Positions 45,534-55,877 of a stretch of DNA of 64,000 bases are shown in pieces (positions within the stretch are counted from its first letter, which is position 1; each line of letters opens with the position of its first letter). The notes under the pieces are model-generated. The model saw only the letters and a list, made by a program, of their open reading frames with translations. It did no database searches and was not told the origin of the DNA. The stretch comes from Candidatus Eiseniibacteriota bacterium (lineage in GTDB: Bacteria > Eisenbacteria > RBG-16-71-46). The stretch is taken from contig CAVSAC010000014.1 in NCBI GenBank assembly GCA_963725865.1, positions 1,120,001 to 1,184,000 on the forward strand. Direction: 5' to 3'. The translations under genes were made by a program, and so were the position numbers.

Positions 45534-47846
45534 ATGTCGCACGCCCCGTCGAGCACGGGGCACCCCCCGCGCCCCGCCGTGTTGCCCGCTCTGGTGGCCG
45601 CCGCCGTCGTGGCCGTGGCCGGCTTCGGCGTGCTCGTGATGCTGCCTCCCCACATCGCCCTCGAGCCGCGGATCGCCAGCGAGAACTCCAGCTTCTGCAT
45701 CCCGGTGGACGCGCTCGCGGTCGCCCAGCACGACTTCGCCATTGGTGACGATCATCACGTGCTGCTGGTGCGCCTGCTGGACGACCAGCTCAAGGCCGTG
45801 TGGCAGTCGAATGACTTCTCCAGCGTGGTGCGCACGACACGCGCGCTCGACGTGGACGGCGACGGCGCGGAGGAGGTGTGCCAGTACTCCGGTGACTCCA
45901 CCGCCGCGTTCGCATGGGCGCTCGGCGCCGACCGCCGCGAGCGACTGCGCATCGGCCCGCTGCGCGACACCTCGGAGCGTCCCGACGTGCCGTGGGACGG
46001 CCAGATCACGCTCGACGACGCGTTCGAGCTGCGCGGGCGGCGGGTGCTCGTCTGCCGGCTGATGGCGGGATTCTCGCGCCGCCCGCGCGGGGTGACGCTG
46101 GCCGATGGCGAGACCCGGGCGCGGCTGTGGACGTTCGACATGGGCGCGCTCCCGGTCGAGGCGCGGGCCGTGGACCTCGACGGGGACGGAACGACGTCGG
46201 TGCTGGTCACCACCGCGTCGCCCGACAACGGCGTCGACCGCAACGGCAGCGACGATGGCCACGCCTACGCGATCGCGCTCGACGCCGACGGGCACCGCCG
46301 CTGGCAGGTCGAGCTGGGGGGCGCGTTCAGTTCCAGCCACGCCTGCGTGCTGCCGCATCCGGTCGGCCACGACACGCCGCGCGTCGTGGCGACGTTCAGC
46401 AGCCGCCACGCGCGCGGCCCGGAGCCGGGGCGACTCGTGCTGATCGATGCACGCAGCGGCCAGGTGGTCGATCGTCACGAGTTCCCGGAGGGCCTCGGGA
46501 CCCCGCGCCCGCTGGGCGAGGGTGACCAGTTCGCGGTCGGCTCCGTCGACGGCTGGCTGCGCGTGTTCGACCACGGCCTGCGCCGCGCCCACGAGCGCCG
46601 GTTCGGGCCCTCGGTCGAGGCGTGGGGGTGCACGGACCTGGACGGCGACGGCGAGGTCGAGATCGTCGCGTCGACTCCGACCGAGGTGCTGATGCTCGAA
46701 CGCGACTGCCAGGTGCGCGCGCGGCTGCCGGTCAACGGCCGCGCGGCGCCGGTCCCGGTGGGGATCGCGCGCGCCGGCGCGGGGCGCACGCGGCTCGCGG
46801 TCTGCGACGGCCGCGCGCTGATCGTGGAGGTGCTGCGCCGGCCGCGGATCACCACGCCGGCGGATCTCGCGGTGGTGGCCGGGTTCGCGCTGATCGCCGG
46901 ATTTCTGACCCCGGTGGTACGGCGCGTGCGACGCAAGCCGCGGCCGGCCGGGGCGGCGGCGCGCGAATTCCTGCTCGACTACCATCAGATCCGCCACGAG
47001 ACTTTCGAGAAGGAGCGGCCGTTCGCGCGTGTGCGCCTGTGGGCGCAGGCGTCCGCCGTCGAGCACCCGCTGCCGGCCGACGCGCTCGCCGCGGCGTGCA
47101 GCGAGTTCGAAGGCATCGGGCATCCGACCGTGCGCCGCTACGCCGAGCGCGCGGCCGCGCTCCACGTCGAGGGCAGGCGCGTCCGAAGCATCCGTCGCCA
47201 CGCGGCGCGCGCGGCGTCGCTGCTGAGGGAGGCGCGATACGCTCCCGAGCCCGAGCGGCTCACGCGGGTAACCGCGGTGCTGGCCGAGCTCGACGCGCTG
47301 GCGTCCGACTGCTACGAGGCCTACTGGGAGGTCGTGACCCGCGCGCCGTGTCGGCCGAGCGAGGTGGTGGCCGAGGCGATGTTCGCCAAGGCGGCGCTGC
47401 TGGACGCGCTCGGCGCGCACGTGCACTACGAGGTCCATCCCGCCGCGCGCCAGCCGGTGCTGTTCGATCGCGACGAGATGGTGGCGATCGTGGGCGAGAT
47501 CGTGGAGAACTGCGCCCGCGCCCTGACGAGCCAGCCGGACGCGCGCATCGACGTGGGGCTCGGCGAGTACCCGGCCGATCCGCGGCGCGTGCTGATCACG
47601 CTGCGCGACAATGGTCATGGCGTCCCGCCCGAGATGCGTGCGCGGTTGTTCACCCCCGAGGCCTCGACCCGTGAGGGCGGCGGCTTCGGCCTCTACCATG
47701 CCCGCGAGGTGGCGCGCCGCTGGCTCGCCGATCTCACGCTCGAAGAGCCGCCCGAGGGCCAGGGCTCCGAGGCGCGGCTGGTGGTGCGTGCCTGCCGCGT
47801 GGTGGACCGCCGCGACATCGGTGTCCGCGAGGAGCGCCGGCCATGA
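45534..47846 (+). CDS. Sensor histidine kinase with extracytoplasmic FG-GAP-repeat domain
   Basis: TM, FG-GAP-like repeats (DVDGDGAEEV, DLDGDG, DLDGDGEVEIV), second TM, then HATPase 'EIVENCARA...DNGHG...LFTP...GGFGL'. Confidence 0.82.
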   Translation: MSHAPSSTGHPPRPAVLPALVAAAVVAVAGFGVLVMLPPHIALEPRIASENSSFCIPVDALAVAQHDFAIGDDHHVLLVRLLDDQLKAVWQSNDFSSVVRTTRALDVDGDGAEEVCQYSGDSTAAFAWALGADRRERLRIGPLRDTSERPDVPWDGQITLDDAFELRGRRVLVCRLMAGFSRRPRGVTLADGETRARLWTFDMGALPVEARAVDLDGDGTTSVLVTTASPDNGVDRNGSDDGHAYAIALDADGHRRWQVELGGAFSSSHACVLPHPVGHDTPRVVATFSSRHARGPEPGRLVLIDARSGQVVDRHEFPEGLGTPRPLGEGDQFAVGSVDGWLRVFDHGLRRAHERRFGPSVEAWGCTDLDGDGEVEIVASTPTEVLMLERDCQVRARLPVNGRAAPVPVGIARAGAGRTRLAVCDGRALIVEVLRRPRITTPADLAVVAGFALIAGFLTPVVRRVRRKPRPAGAAAREFLLDYHQIRHETFEKERPFARVRLWAQASAVEHPLPADALAAACSEFEGIGHPTVRRYAERAAALHVEGRRVRSIRRHAARAASLLREARYAPEPERLTRVTAVLAELDALASDCYEAYWEVVTRAPCRPSEVVAEAMFAKAALLDALGAHVHYEVHPAARQPVLFDRDEMVAIVGEIVENCARALTSQPDARIDVGLGEYPADPRRVLITLRDNGHGVPPEMRARLFTPEASTREGGGFGLYHAREVARRWLADLTLEEPPEGQGSEARLVVRACRVVDRRDIGVREERRP

Positions 47847-48904
47847 TCCCGCGGATCCTGGTGGTCGAGGACGACCCCGAGCGCCGCGAGGTGGTGCGCG
47901 GCGTGCTGGCGCGCGATCACGAGTGCCGTGCCGTCGGCACGGTCGAGCAGGCGTTCGCCGCCATCGGCGAGGCCCCGTGGGACGCCGCGGTGGTGGACTA
48001 CGATCTCGCCCACGGCGGCAGCGGACTCGAGGTGCTGCAGGCGCTGCGCGAGGCGGCGCCGCGCACGCTGCGGGTGCTGTACACCGTGTACTTCACCGAG
48101 AGCCTGATGCGCGACATCGCGCGGCTCGCGCATCCGCACGCGACGATCGACGCGCGCCCGGTCGACTTCCTGCACCGGCTGCGTGAGAGCGTCACCACGC
48201 TGCTCGCCACCCCGGCGCCCGGCGCCGCGCCGCCGGCGCCCGATCCGAGCGGGCTGTGGGTCGCGGTGGCGCCGGCGACGGTGACGTTCCTCGCGGAGCT
48301 GCGGTGCGCGGCCGAGAGCGAGGCGGCGGTGTTCCTGTACGGCGAGCATGGCGCGGGCTCCACCCAGGCCGCGAAGCTGCTGCGCGAGTGGCGGATCGCG
48401 TGGCGGCTCGGCGAGGTGGTGCGGCCGTGCCTGCAGCTGCCGGCCGCGATCCTGCGGGTACCCCCGCTGCGCGAACGACGCCACGACATTCCCGCGCTCG
48501 CTCAGCGCTACGTGGTCGAGCACGCCCGCGTGACTCACTCCACGCCGCATGGGCTGACCGCCGAGGCGCTCGAGGAGCTGGTGCATCGCGAGTGGCGCGG
48601 CAACCTGCCCGAGCTGCACGGAGTGGTGACTCGCGCGTGCCTGAACGCTGCCTCGCGGGGCGAGATCCACGTCGCGGACCTCGCGCACGACCAGCAGCCG
48701 GCGTGGCGCCCGTCGCAGTACGCCAAGGACGACGGCCAGCGCGAATGCATGCTGCGCCAGCTCCGCACCGCGCGTAATGTGAGCGGCGCCGCACGGCTCG
48801 AGGGTTGCTCGCGCGCCAACTACATCCGCATGATGCGCCGCCTCGGCGTGCTGCGCGCCGACGTGCCGATGGACGTGGGGCTGGAGGGCGACGAGGAGGC
48901 GTAG
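47843..48904 (+). CDS. Response regulator with remnant sigma-54-activator (NtrC-like) segments and Fis-like HTH
   Basis: Receiver 'ILVVEDD...VVDYDL'; degenerate Walker A 'LYGEHGAGST'; 'RVPPLRERRHDIPALA', 'WRGNLPEL', 'NVSGAARLEG'. Confidence 0.8.
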   Translation: MIPRILVVEDDPERREVVRGVLARDHECRAVGTVEQAFAAIGEAPWDAAVVDYDLAHGGSGLEVLQALREAAPRTLRVLYTVYFTESLMRDIARLAHPHATIDARPVDFLHRLRESVTTLLATPAPGAAPPAPDPSGLWVAVAPATVTFLAELRCAAESEAAVFLYGEHGAGSTQAAKLLREWRIAWRLGEVVRPCLQLPAAILRVPPLRERRHDIPALAQRYVVEHARVTHSTPHGLTAEALEELVHREWRGNLPELHGVVTRACLNAASRGEIHVADLAHDQQPAWRPSQYAKDDGQRECMLRQLRTARNVSGAARLEGCSRANYIRMMRRLGVLRADVPMDVGLEGDEEA

Positions 48905-49200
48905 GGGCGCTTGCAAGCGCGGCGTCCCTTCGCCAGGCCACGCGGCCCCGGATGTCGTAGGGCCTCACCTCGAGCGGTCCGGACGCGGCGTCCGATGGTT
49001 CTGAAGGCGATCTGCGGACGGGCGTGATTCTCTGAGGTGCGCAGCCGTCGTGGTCCAACGTCCTTGGCCGGCCAGCGCGTCTCGGCGCTCCCCTTGCCAG
49101 CGCTACGGGCTCAAAGGACGCAGGCCGGCTCAGTCGCTGCCCAGGCGCGGGGATCGCGGAGGAGGCGACGCCGCCAGCCTGATGCCTACTGGCGCGTCGG

Positions 49201-50916
49201 CTACCGCAATACCACCGCCTTGAGCGTTTGCGACGCGCGCCCGGTGCGGTCCGTGGCCCGCACGAAGTACACGGCAGCCGGGAGCGGCTCGCCGCGATCC
49301 ACGAGACTCAGCTGCAACCGATCCTGACCCGAGCCACTGGCGTAGGCGTGTTGATGTTCCACCTCGCGTCCTTGCAGGTCGTAGACCCTGACATCGAGTT
49401 CACCGGACTCGGCACCCACGATCACCAGGTCCAAGAGGCCCTTCGTGGGATGTGCGCTCCGAAGTGAGATCCCCAGCGAAGGGCCACGCGGCCACCAGGC
49501 GGTCTCCTCGCTCACGAGCTGGTAACGCACATCGAGGCACTCACGCCGGATCCGATAGCGAAGTACCCTGCCGGGAGGGGCGCTGGTGTCCGTCCAGGCC
49601 ATCGCGGTGCCCGATCCCGCGCCTAGTCGGGCGACGGGTTCGAATCCGCTGCTGCCGACCGCGCGGAGCACCGACCAGAACGAGCCGGGCGCCGAGCCGC
49701 TGAGCGTCCAGCGAAGCGCCGGCCGCTGCTTGCTTTCGTCGAAACGCGGAGCACTGGCGACCGCGGTGACGTGGCTGTGCGTCCAGAACAGACCGTCGAA
49801 CTCGGTCTGCCAGACCACCCAGACGTCGCCGTTCAGGTCGCGGAGCGCGTCGAGACGCCACGCATCGTCGGTCCCCGGCAACTCCTCGGCGACCGGATAA
49901 CCGGAGTCGGTCGGCACGCAGACGCAGAGCGTTCCCGTGAAGCCGGCATCCACGTTGTGCTCGATCCAGGCGACCACGGGCTGAGGCCAGCCGTCGCGGC
50001 TCACCGCGAGGTCGCGCGAGGCGTACTGGCCGGCATACCGCTTCTTGCACGTCAGGCTCTCGGCCGGCACCCAGGCGCCGTCGACGTAGCGGGTCAACTG
50101 TGTGAACGCCCAATCCGTGGACCAGCCCAGCCAGAGCGTCCCGTCCGGGGAGCGCCGCAGCCGCAAGTAGCCCGAGGGCAGGTTCGGGGACGCCCCTGGC
50201 ACGAGGCCTCCCGACCTCCACGCGCTGCCCTCCAGTAGCCCCCAGGTCGGCGGCTCCGAGCTCCCAGCCCACACGCACAGCGCCGTGGTGTCGTTCATCG
50301 GTGCCACGACGACGCCGTAGCTCCCGACCCCGGGGACCTCGGTTTCGTGCCAGACGCGAACCGTGTCCGAGTACCAGAGGCGCACGCCATTGGTGTAGTC
50401 GTGCTTGATCGCCCAGCGACGCCGCGGCGAGGCGGCCGCGGAGTAGCCGAATGTGTGGTTGTCGATCACCGCGATGGTGTCGTGCACGGTGGCGAAGCGA
50501 TCGTCGACGATCGCCGACATCACCAGGTAGGTGCCGAGGTACGGCAGCCGAGGATCGTAGATCTCGTCGGCTGTCTGCCAGATGAGCGGGAAGCCGGGAC
50601 CGGTCGAGATCACGGCCGGGCAGTACGCGAGGCTCTGGCCGAGGCTGGCCAGCAACACCCAGGTGGAGTCCTGCCAGCGCAAGAAGTGCTTGTCGTAGCC
50701 AACGCCGCCCGCCCCTTCGGCGATCAGCACCATGCGGTTGAGCGAGTCGAGATCGAGCCGATCGGGATACAGCCGCGTGTGTCCAGGTACTTTTGTGGTG
50801 TCCATCGGCGCCCAGGCGCGACCGAGCGGCAGCGCGACGGCGGGAGTGGACGCACAGGCGCATCCGAGTGCCAGTGCCGAGGCGATCACCCACCGAGCCA
50901 GTCGGGAGGCGCCCAT
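49201..50916 (-). CDS. Secreted beta-rich protein with C-terminal FlgD/T9SS-CTD-like domain
   Basis: Signal peptide (…STPAVA); Trp-rich propeller-like body; tail 'AHPTKG...VYDLQGREV...PAAVYFVR...KAVVLR'. Confidence 0.8.
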   Translation of the reverse strand: MGASRLARWVIASALALGCACASTPAVALPLGRAWAPMDTTKVPGHTRLYPDRLDLDSLNRMVLIAEGAGGVGYDKHFLRWQDSTWVLLASLGQSLAYCPAVISTGPGFPLIWQTADEIYDPRLPYLGTYLVMSAIVDDRFATVHDTIAVIDNHTFGYSAAASPRRRWAIKHDYTNGVRLWYSDTVRVWHETEVPGVGSYGVVVAPMNDTTALCVWAGSSEPPTWGLLEGSAWRSGGLVPGASPNLPSGYLRLRRSPDGTLWLGWSTDWAFTQLTRYVDGAWVPAESLTCKKRYAGQYASRDLAVSRDGWPQPVVAWIEHNVDAGFTGTLCVCVPTDSGYPVAEELPGTDDAWRLDALRDLNGDVWVVWQTEFDGLFWTHSHVTAVASAPRFDESKQRPALRWTLSGSAPGSFWSVLRAVGSSGFEPVARLGAGSGTAMAWTDTSAPPGRVLRYRIRRECLDVRYQLVSEETAWWPRGPSLGISLRSAHPTKGLLDLVIVGAESGELDVRVYDLQGREVEHQHAYASGSGQDRLQLSLVDRGEPLPAAVYFVRATDRTGRASQTLKAVVLR

Positions 50917-51229
50917 CGAGGGGAATCGAGCGGTGCTCGACGCTGGCGACCCACACGAGCGCGATCGAGTTCGAGGCATCATGATGCGGCCCCCATAAGA
51001 TACCGGGTCCCACATCCCGCACTTGCGGAGGGGGGGGCGAACGGGAGTATACACCCGCGCAGAGACCGGTCACCCGCGCAGCAGGCCGCAACCCCCGACC
51101 TACTCCTCCGGCTTCGATCGTCATCGCACCGGACCGGCCCGCGCACGCAGCCTGGGCTGCCTGACGGTCCCTCACCCGCCAGAGATCCTTCTCAACCGGG
51201 CCGCGCCGCGGCGCGGCTCCCCGCGGGAG

Positions 51230-54200
51230 ATGGGTATGTCAGGACCAAGGCTCTGGTTGGTTGCGCTGATGGCCGCATCACTGGCGGTTGGATTCTCGAG
51301 TCGCGCTCGTGGTGACGCATTCCGCTGCAGCATCAACGACGCTGCTGGGATCGAGGGCGCGCAAGTTGTGGACAGCACCAAGTACCTATTCAAGGCTCGG
51401 AGGCCGTTCAGCCCAACGGGGCTACCTCAACGTGATCTTGAGTTCCAGTGGGATCCGCTGAACGACTCCACGCTCACGGCGGATGTCATCGCGACACTGG
51501 ATCACTTCGGATCGTCCTTAGTGGACTCGATCGGTCGCAACCCATTCGGGTTTCAGTTCTCCGACTTTCGCCTGATCTACGAGTACTTCCGCAGTCCCGC
51601 GTACGGGTCGATTTACACAACGCTCCCGTGGGACACGACCTCCGTTTGGCTCGGCCAGATCGCACGGGATCTGGACTCGAGAAGACTCAGTCCCGGCGAT
51701 CGCAGCCACGTCGACGTGTACCTCACGCATCCGTCACGGCCGACGATCGTTCCGAGCGCAGGAGGCTCCTATCCCTCCGACTACCTCGGCGCCGCCGAAG
51801 ACTCGAGCACCGGGCACTCGCGCTACGACATCCAGCACGAGAATTCCCTGCTGCTGAAGCTCGCGCATGACGCGCGCTTCGACCTCACCGGCACAGGCTG
51901 GACGCGGCCGAACGCGATCCACAACGTCGGCTTCGACCACGAAATGCGGCACAGCCTGCCCCGCACCGCGTATTTGGGCAGCATCGGGGAGATGATGTCG
52001 GCCGGAGCGGAGACGATCGGCGGAAACGACACGCAAGAGGCGAACTTCGAGTTCCCATTCACCTACTCACTCTTCTCGAACAGTCAGTCGACACCGAGAC
52101 CCGATTGCGGCGTGCTGCGTACCCAAACTTGGAACTACCAGGGCCGGAGCGCTTTTGCCGCCTACCTGGCGACCAACTTCCGAGGGGCAAATACCGAACC
52201 CTCCCTGGCTGGCTTGCAGGACGACCTCCTGCACCTGTGGGCGAGCGATTCCATCGCCAGCCCGCTCGCATTCCAGCGCATGTTGCGCAACGATCGGTGC
52301 AGCGATTGCGCCCAGAAGGTCTACTTCCGAAACCCGGACGGCACCCCGCTCAACGACACGCTGCGATTCGGGCTGCTGCACCACAACTTTCGCGTCGCGA
52401 GCTACGTCAACAACTCGTCGCTAGATGAGCACCAGTATGGCTATCCGGCGGAATTCGGCTTTGCGCCCACGAGCCAGTTGGCGGCCTTCCAGCCGATAGG
52501 CGCGTGCGGCAACATGGACAGCCTGATCGTGGTCCCGCCGGAGATCACGCTCACGGCCCAGCACGTGACGCGCGACACCACGCTGCGCGACGAACGGCAC
52601 TCCACGGTCATCGGGCCTGACGGCCATCCGATCACCTATCCGCTCGTGCTCCAGCCATTCGGCTCCGAGTACTGGGTGGTGCGAAGCGATCCAGCCGTTC
52701 AGCAGGCGGACCACGATCTGGTGATACGGATCTTCCCGGACTCGGCGGCCCTCTTCGTGGACCGCGGCTACTGTGATCCTCAGTTTGGCAGCAGCTGGAC
52801 CGTGACGGACGGGCGGCTATTCGCGTCGGCAGTCGGCTACCGAGAACAGTCCCTGGCCAGGACGCCTGTGCCGCTGTGGCAGCACTCGGAGTGGGCGACT
52901 CGCGTGATCGCCCCGAGGTGGGTAGATGTCGATACGCTGGGAAGCCAGGCGATCGAGCTGGTCGTGCCGTCGTTCGGCGACAGCGTGAAGGCGGTGTTGA
53001 TCGTGCTCACGTTGTCGGATGGCCCGGGGCAGCAATTCATGCAATTGGCAGACAGGATCGAGGGAACCAACTACAACGAATTCCTGTCGTACCGGTTGCA
53101 GTTGGGGATTCGTGGCGCCCCATATGCGACGGATAACCCGCACCTCGTGGCGGGCAGTCCAACTATTCGCGAGGAGCACCCCTCGTTCTCGCCCGATGGC
53201 GGCTGGCTGGCGTACACCGAGACGCCAGCGTCGGGCTTCTCGCAGGTCTACCTGAGGTCGTTGGACGGCCAAACACATTACGCGATGCATTCCACCATCG
53301 AGCCGCGTCGTCAACGTGCGCCCGATTGGTCGCCGCGAGGGGACTGGGTCGCCTACCAAGAGTGGCGACAGTCGCGCCCCTGGCCGGACATCCACCAGTT
53401 CAACCTCTCAAGCTCGGAAGAACTGCTGCTCACGCCCGGCATCGAGGGCGTCGACGAATCGCCGGCCTTCTCGCCCAATGGGCAGCACGTGGCCTACATC
53501 ATCCACTTTGTGGGGGCGAGCGGCGATCCGGATAGCATCTGGCAACTGCGCCGAATCGGGCTTTCGGGTACGGATGACGTCACGTTGGTGCAGAGCGCCG
53601 CGACTCGTGCGCTCCGATCGCCGCGCTGGTCGCCCGACGGGCAGTGGGTCTACTTCACCGCCGGCGACAGCCTGTACGCGGTCGGGGTCGAGGGCGCTAA
53701 CCAGGGCCTCGTCGTCGATCGCACTGCTGTTCTCGACCACGCGCCCTCCTTCGATCTGCACCGCGGACACGGGCCGATCGTGTTCGAGCAGGCCGACAGC
53801 GTCACGCATCTATTCAGTTGCAAGCAGTTCACGTCTCCACCGTTCGTGCTGGGCTGGGCCGCCAGCACACCTCTCACGCGTGTTGCCTTGCGCGACACGT
53901 TCCAGCGCCTACCCCTGCCTCAGTTCGATCAACGCCTCGTGGCTCACATGTGTCCGCGTTGGTCCTACGACGGCACTCGCATCGCATATGTCTCGGACGA
54001 GGCGGCGCTCGGTTCCGCACGAGATATCTACGTCGGTCAGGTGTCGTGGAACCACGCCCCGACCTTCACCGCCGCTCCGCGCGACACGGTGGTGCCGCCA
54101 GGGTGCACGCAGAACTTCACCCAGGACTTCACCGCCACTGACCCCGACGGTGAGACCGTGACGTTTGAGGCTGCGCTTCTGCCGCCCGGCGCGAGCCTGA

Positions 54201-55846
54201 GCAACTACGGGCATCTGAGTTGGGCCAATCCCAGCCCGGCTGGAGCCGAGTACTACACAGTGATTCGGGCGCTCGACGGCTCGGGCGGCGTGGCGCAGAA
54301 GGTGGTGCGCCTCGCGGTGGCACCCGACAGCATCCGCCCGGCCGCGGTCAACGACCTGACGCGCACCATGGGTCGTACCTCTGCCAAGGTGGAATGGACC
54401 GAGTCCGGTGACGACAGCCTGACTGGGACCGCCTGCTGGATGCGGATCCGCTACGGGACGTCGGCGATCACCGAGTCGAACTTCTTCACCAGCAACGACA
54501 CCAATCCGGGCGTGTTCGAGCCGAGCGCCCCTGGTACGGCGCGCTGTGCCGAACTGACGGAGGGCACGCTGACCGGCTGTACCACCTACTACTTCGGCCT
54601 CAAGACCCTCGACGACGCTGGCCATTGGTCGGCGCTCAGCAACGTGCCGAGCGGCCAGACTCGCTGCAGCGGCAGCTACCAGGTGTTCTGCGAGTCCGGG
54701 GACGGGCTGGTGGCGCAGGGTGGGGAGGAGGAGGGCTGGTCGCTGGCCACTGCATTCGCCGATCCGGCCGGCAGCGAGGCCACGACGTCGAGTGTCCTGC
54801 TGGAGCAGTCGCTACCGATCGTCGACGGGCAGGCCCAGCTGCGCCTGCAACGTCGCGGGAGTAGTGCGCTGCAGCTTGAGACGGTGGGGCTGGCCGCGAT
54901 CGAGCACGATTCCGACCAGGAGGTGTACGCGAGTGGCTCGCGCCTGCTGGTCGGGACGTTCACGCCGGCCGAGGCGATCACCAATGCCAACGAGGTGGAC
55001 ATCGCGACCGCGCTCGAGTCGGCTCCGGTCAGTGCGGACAGTGGCAGCGTCTGGGCTCTCACCCTCGACACCGGGCGAGGCCGGGACGACGCACTGCTGA
55101 TCGAGGCGGCGGTCGATGACCCAGAGGCCGCCGAGGACGCGGCACCGATCCGGATCGAGCGCCACGTCAGTGGGAGCACCTGGACCACGCTCGGGACACT
55201 CTCGCCATCGGCAACGTTCGAGCCGCTGCTGATCGAGGATCTACCGGACGCGTCGCTGCGGGTGGTGTTCACGAGAGGCTGTGCGGTGCGCCGGATCGGG
55301 ACGGTCGCGGGTGCGGACGTGGTGACGCCAAGGGCCATGGCCCTGGCGACCGCCGAGCACTCGAGCGCAGGAGAGGTGGCGTCGTTGCTGACGCCGGAAG
55401 CCGAGGGCGTGACGCTCGAGCCAGGCGAAGCGGTGGCGGTGGGGTTCACCGCCTCGTCCTCGCCGGATCCAGGCCGGGTCTGCGACTACGTCCTGACGGT
55501 GCGGCGTGAGCCGGGAGCCGCACGGCACGATGCGCGGATGCGAGCGGCCGACGAGGAGCTGCGGCCGAGCGCATTCGCACTCCATCCGTGCGAGCCGAAT
55601 CCGTTCCAGCACTCGACGCGGATCCGCTTCGACCTGCCGCGATCGACCACCGTGCGCCTCGAGGTGTTCGACCTGCAGGGGCGGCGGTTGGCGACGCTGG
55701 CGAGTGGTGCGCTGCCGGTCGGGTTCCACAGTCGCGAGTGGGACGGCCGCAAGGACGCCGGTGGCCACGTGCGACCGGGCGTCTACCTGTACCGTTTGAT
55801 CGCGGGCGAGTATCGCAGCCAGAAGAAGCTGATCGTGCTGCCATAG
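51230..55846 (+). CDS. Large secreted multidomain protein: HExxH putative metallopeptidase + PD40 repeats + Ig + Fn3 + FlgD-Ig-like domain
   Basis: Signal peptide; 'HEMRH...GEMMS'; PD40 (PSFSPDG, PDWSPRG, PAFSPNG, PRWSPDG); 'NHAPTF...ATDPDGETV...LPPGA'; Fn3 'EWTESGDD...YYFGLKTLDDAGHWS'; tail 'PNPFQHST...VFDLQGRR...WDG...GVYLYRL'. Confidence 0.85.
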   Translation: MGMSGPRLWLVALMAASLAVGFSSRARGDAFRCSINDAAGIEGAQVVDSTKYLFKARRPFSPTGLPQRDLEFQWDPLNDSTLTADVIATLDHFGSSLVDSIGRNPFGFQFSDFRLIYEYFRSPAYGSIYTTLPWDTTSVWLGQIARDLDSRRLSPGDRSHVDVYLTHPSRPTIVPSAGGSYPSDYLGAAEDSSTGHSRYDIQHENSLLLKLAHDARFDLTGTGWTRPNAIHNVGFDHEMRHSLPRTAYLGSIGEMMSAGAETIGGNDTQEANFEFPFTYSLFSNSQSTPRPDCGVLRTQTWNYQGRSAFAAYLATNFRGANTEPSLAGLQDDLLHLWASDSIASPLAFQRMLRNDRCSDCAQKVYFRNPDGTPLNDTLRFGLLHHNFRVASYVNNSSLDEHQYGYPAEFGFAPTSQLAAFQPIGACGNMDSLIVVPPEITLTAQHVTRDTTLRDERHSTVIGPDGHPITYPLVLQPFGSEYWVVRSDPAVQQADHDLVIRIFPDSAALFVDRGYCDPQFGSSWTVTDGRLFASAVGYREQSLARTPVPLWQHSEWATRVIAPRWVDVDTLGSQAIELVVPSFGDSVKAVLIVLTLSDGPGQQFMQLADRIEGTNYNEFLSYRLQLGIRGAPYATDNPHLVAGSPTIREEHPSFSPDGGWLAYTETPASGFSQVYLRSLDGQTHYAMHSTIEPRRQRAPDWSPRGDWVAYQEWRQSRPWPDIHQFNLSSSEELLLTPGIEGVDESPAFSPNGQHVAYIIHFVGASGDPDSIWQLRRIGLSGTDDVTLVQSAATRALRSPRWSPDGQWVYFTAGDSLYAVGVEGANQGLVVDRTAVLDHAPSFDLHRGHGPIVFEQADSVTHLFSCKQFTSPPFVLGWAASTPLTRVALRDTFQRLPLPQFDQRLVAHMCPRWSYDGTRIAYVSDEAALGSARDIYVGQVSWNHAPTFTAAPRDTVVPPGCTQNFTQDFTATDPDGETVTFEAALLPPGASLSNYGHLSWANPSPAGAEYYTVIRALDGSGGVAQKVVRLAVAPDSIRPAAVNDLTRTMGRTSAKVEWTESGDDSLTGTACWMRIRYGTSAITESNFFTSNDTNPGVFEPSAPGTARCAELTEGTLTGCTTYYFGLKTLDDAGHWSALSNVPSGQTRCSGSYQVFCESGDGLVAQGGEEEGWSLATAFADPAGSEATTSSVLLEQSLPIVDGQAQLRLQRRGSSALQLETVGLAAIEHDSDQEVYASGSRLLVGTFTPAEAITNANEVDIATALESAPVSADSGSVWALTLDTGRGRDDALLIEAAVDDPEAAEDAAPIRIERHVSGSTWTTLGTLSPSATFEPLLIEDLPDASLRVVFTRGCAVRRIGTVAGADVVTPRAMALATAEHSSAGEVASLLTPEAEGVTLEPGEAVAVGFTASSSPDPGRVCDYVLTVRREPGAARHDARMRAADEELRPSAFALHPCEPNPFQHSTRIRFDLPRSTTVRLEVFDLQGRRLATLASGALPVGFHSREWDGRKDAGGHVRPGVYLYRLIAGEYRSQKKLIVLP

Positions 55847-55877
55847 TGGTTCGCCGGGCAGTCGAACTTCGCTGAGA

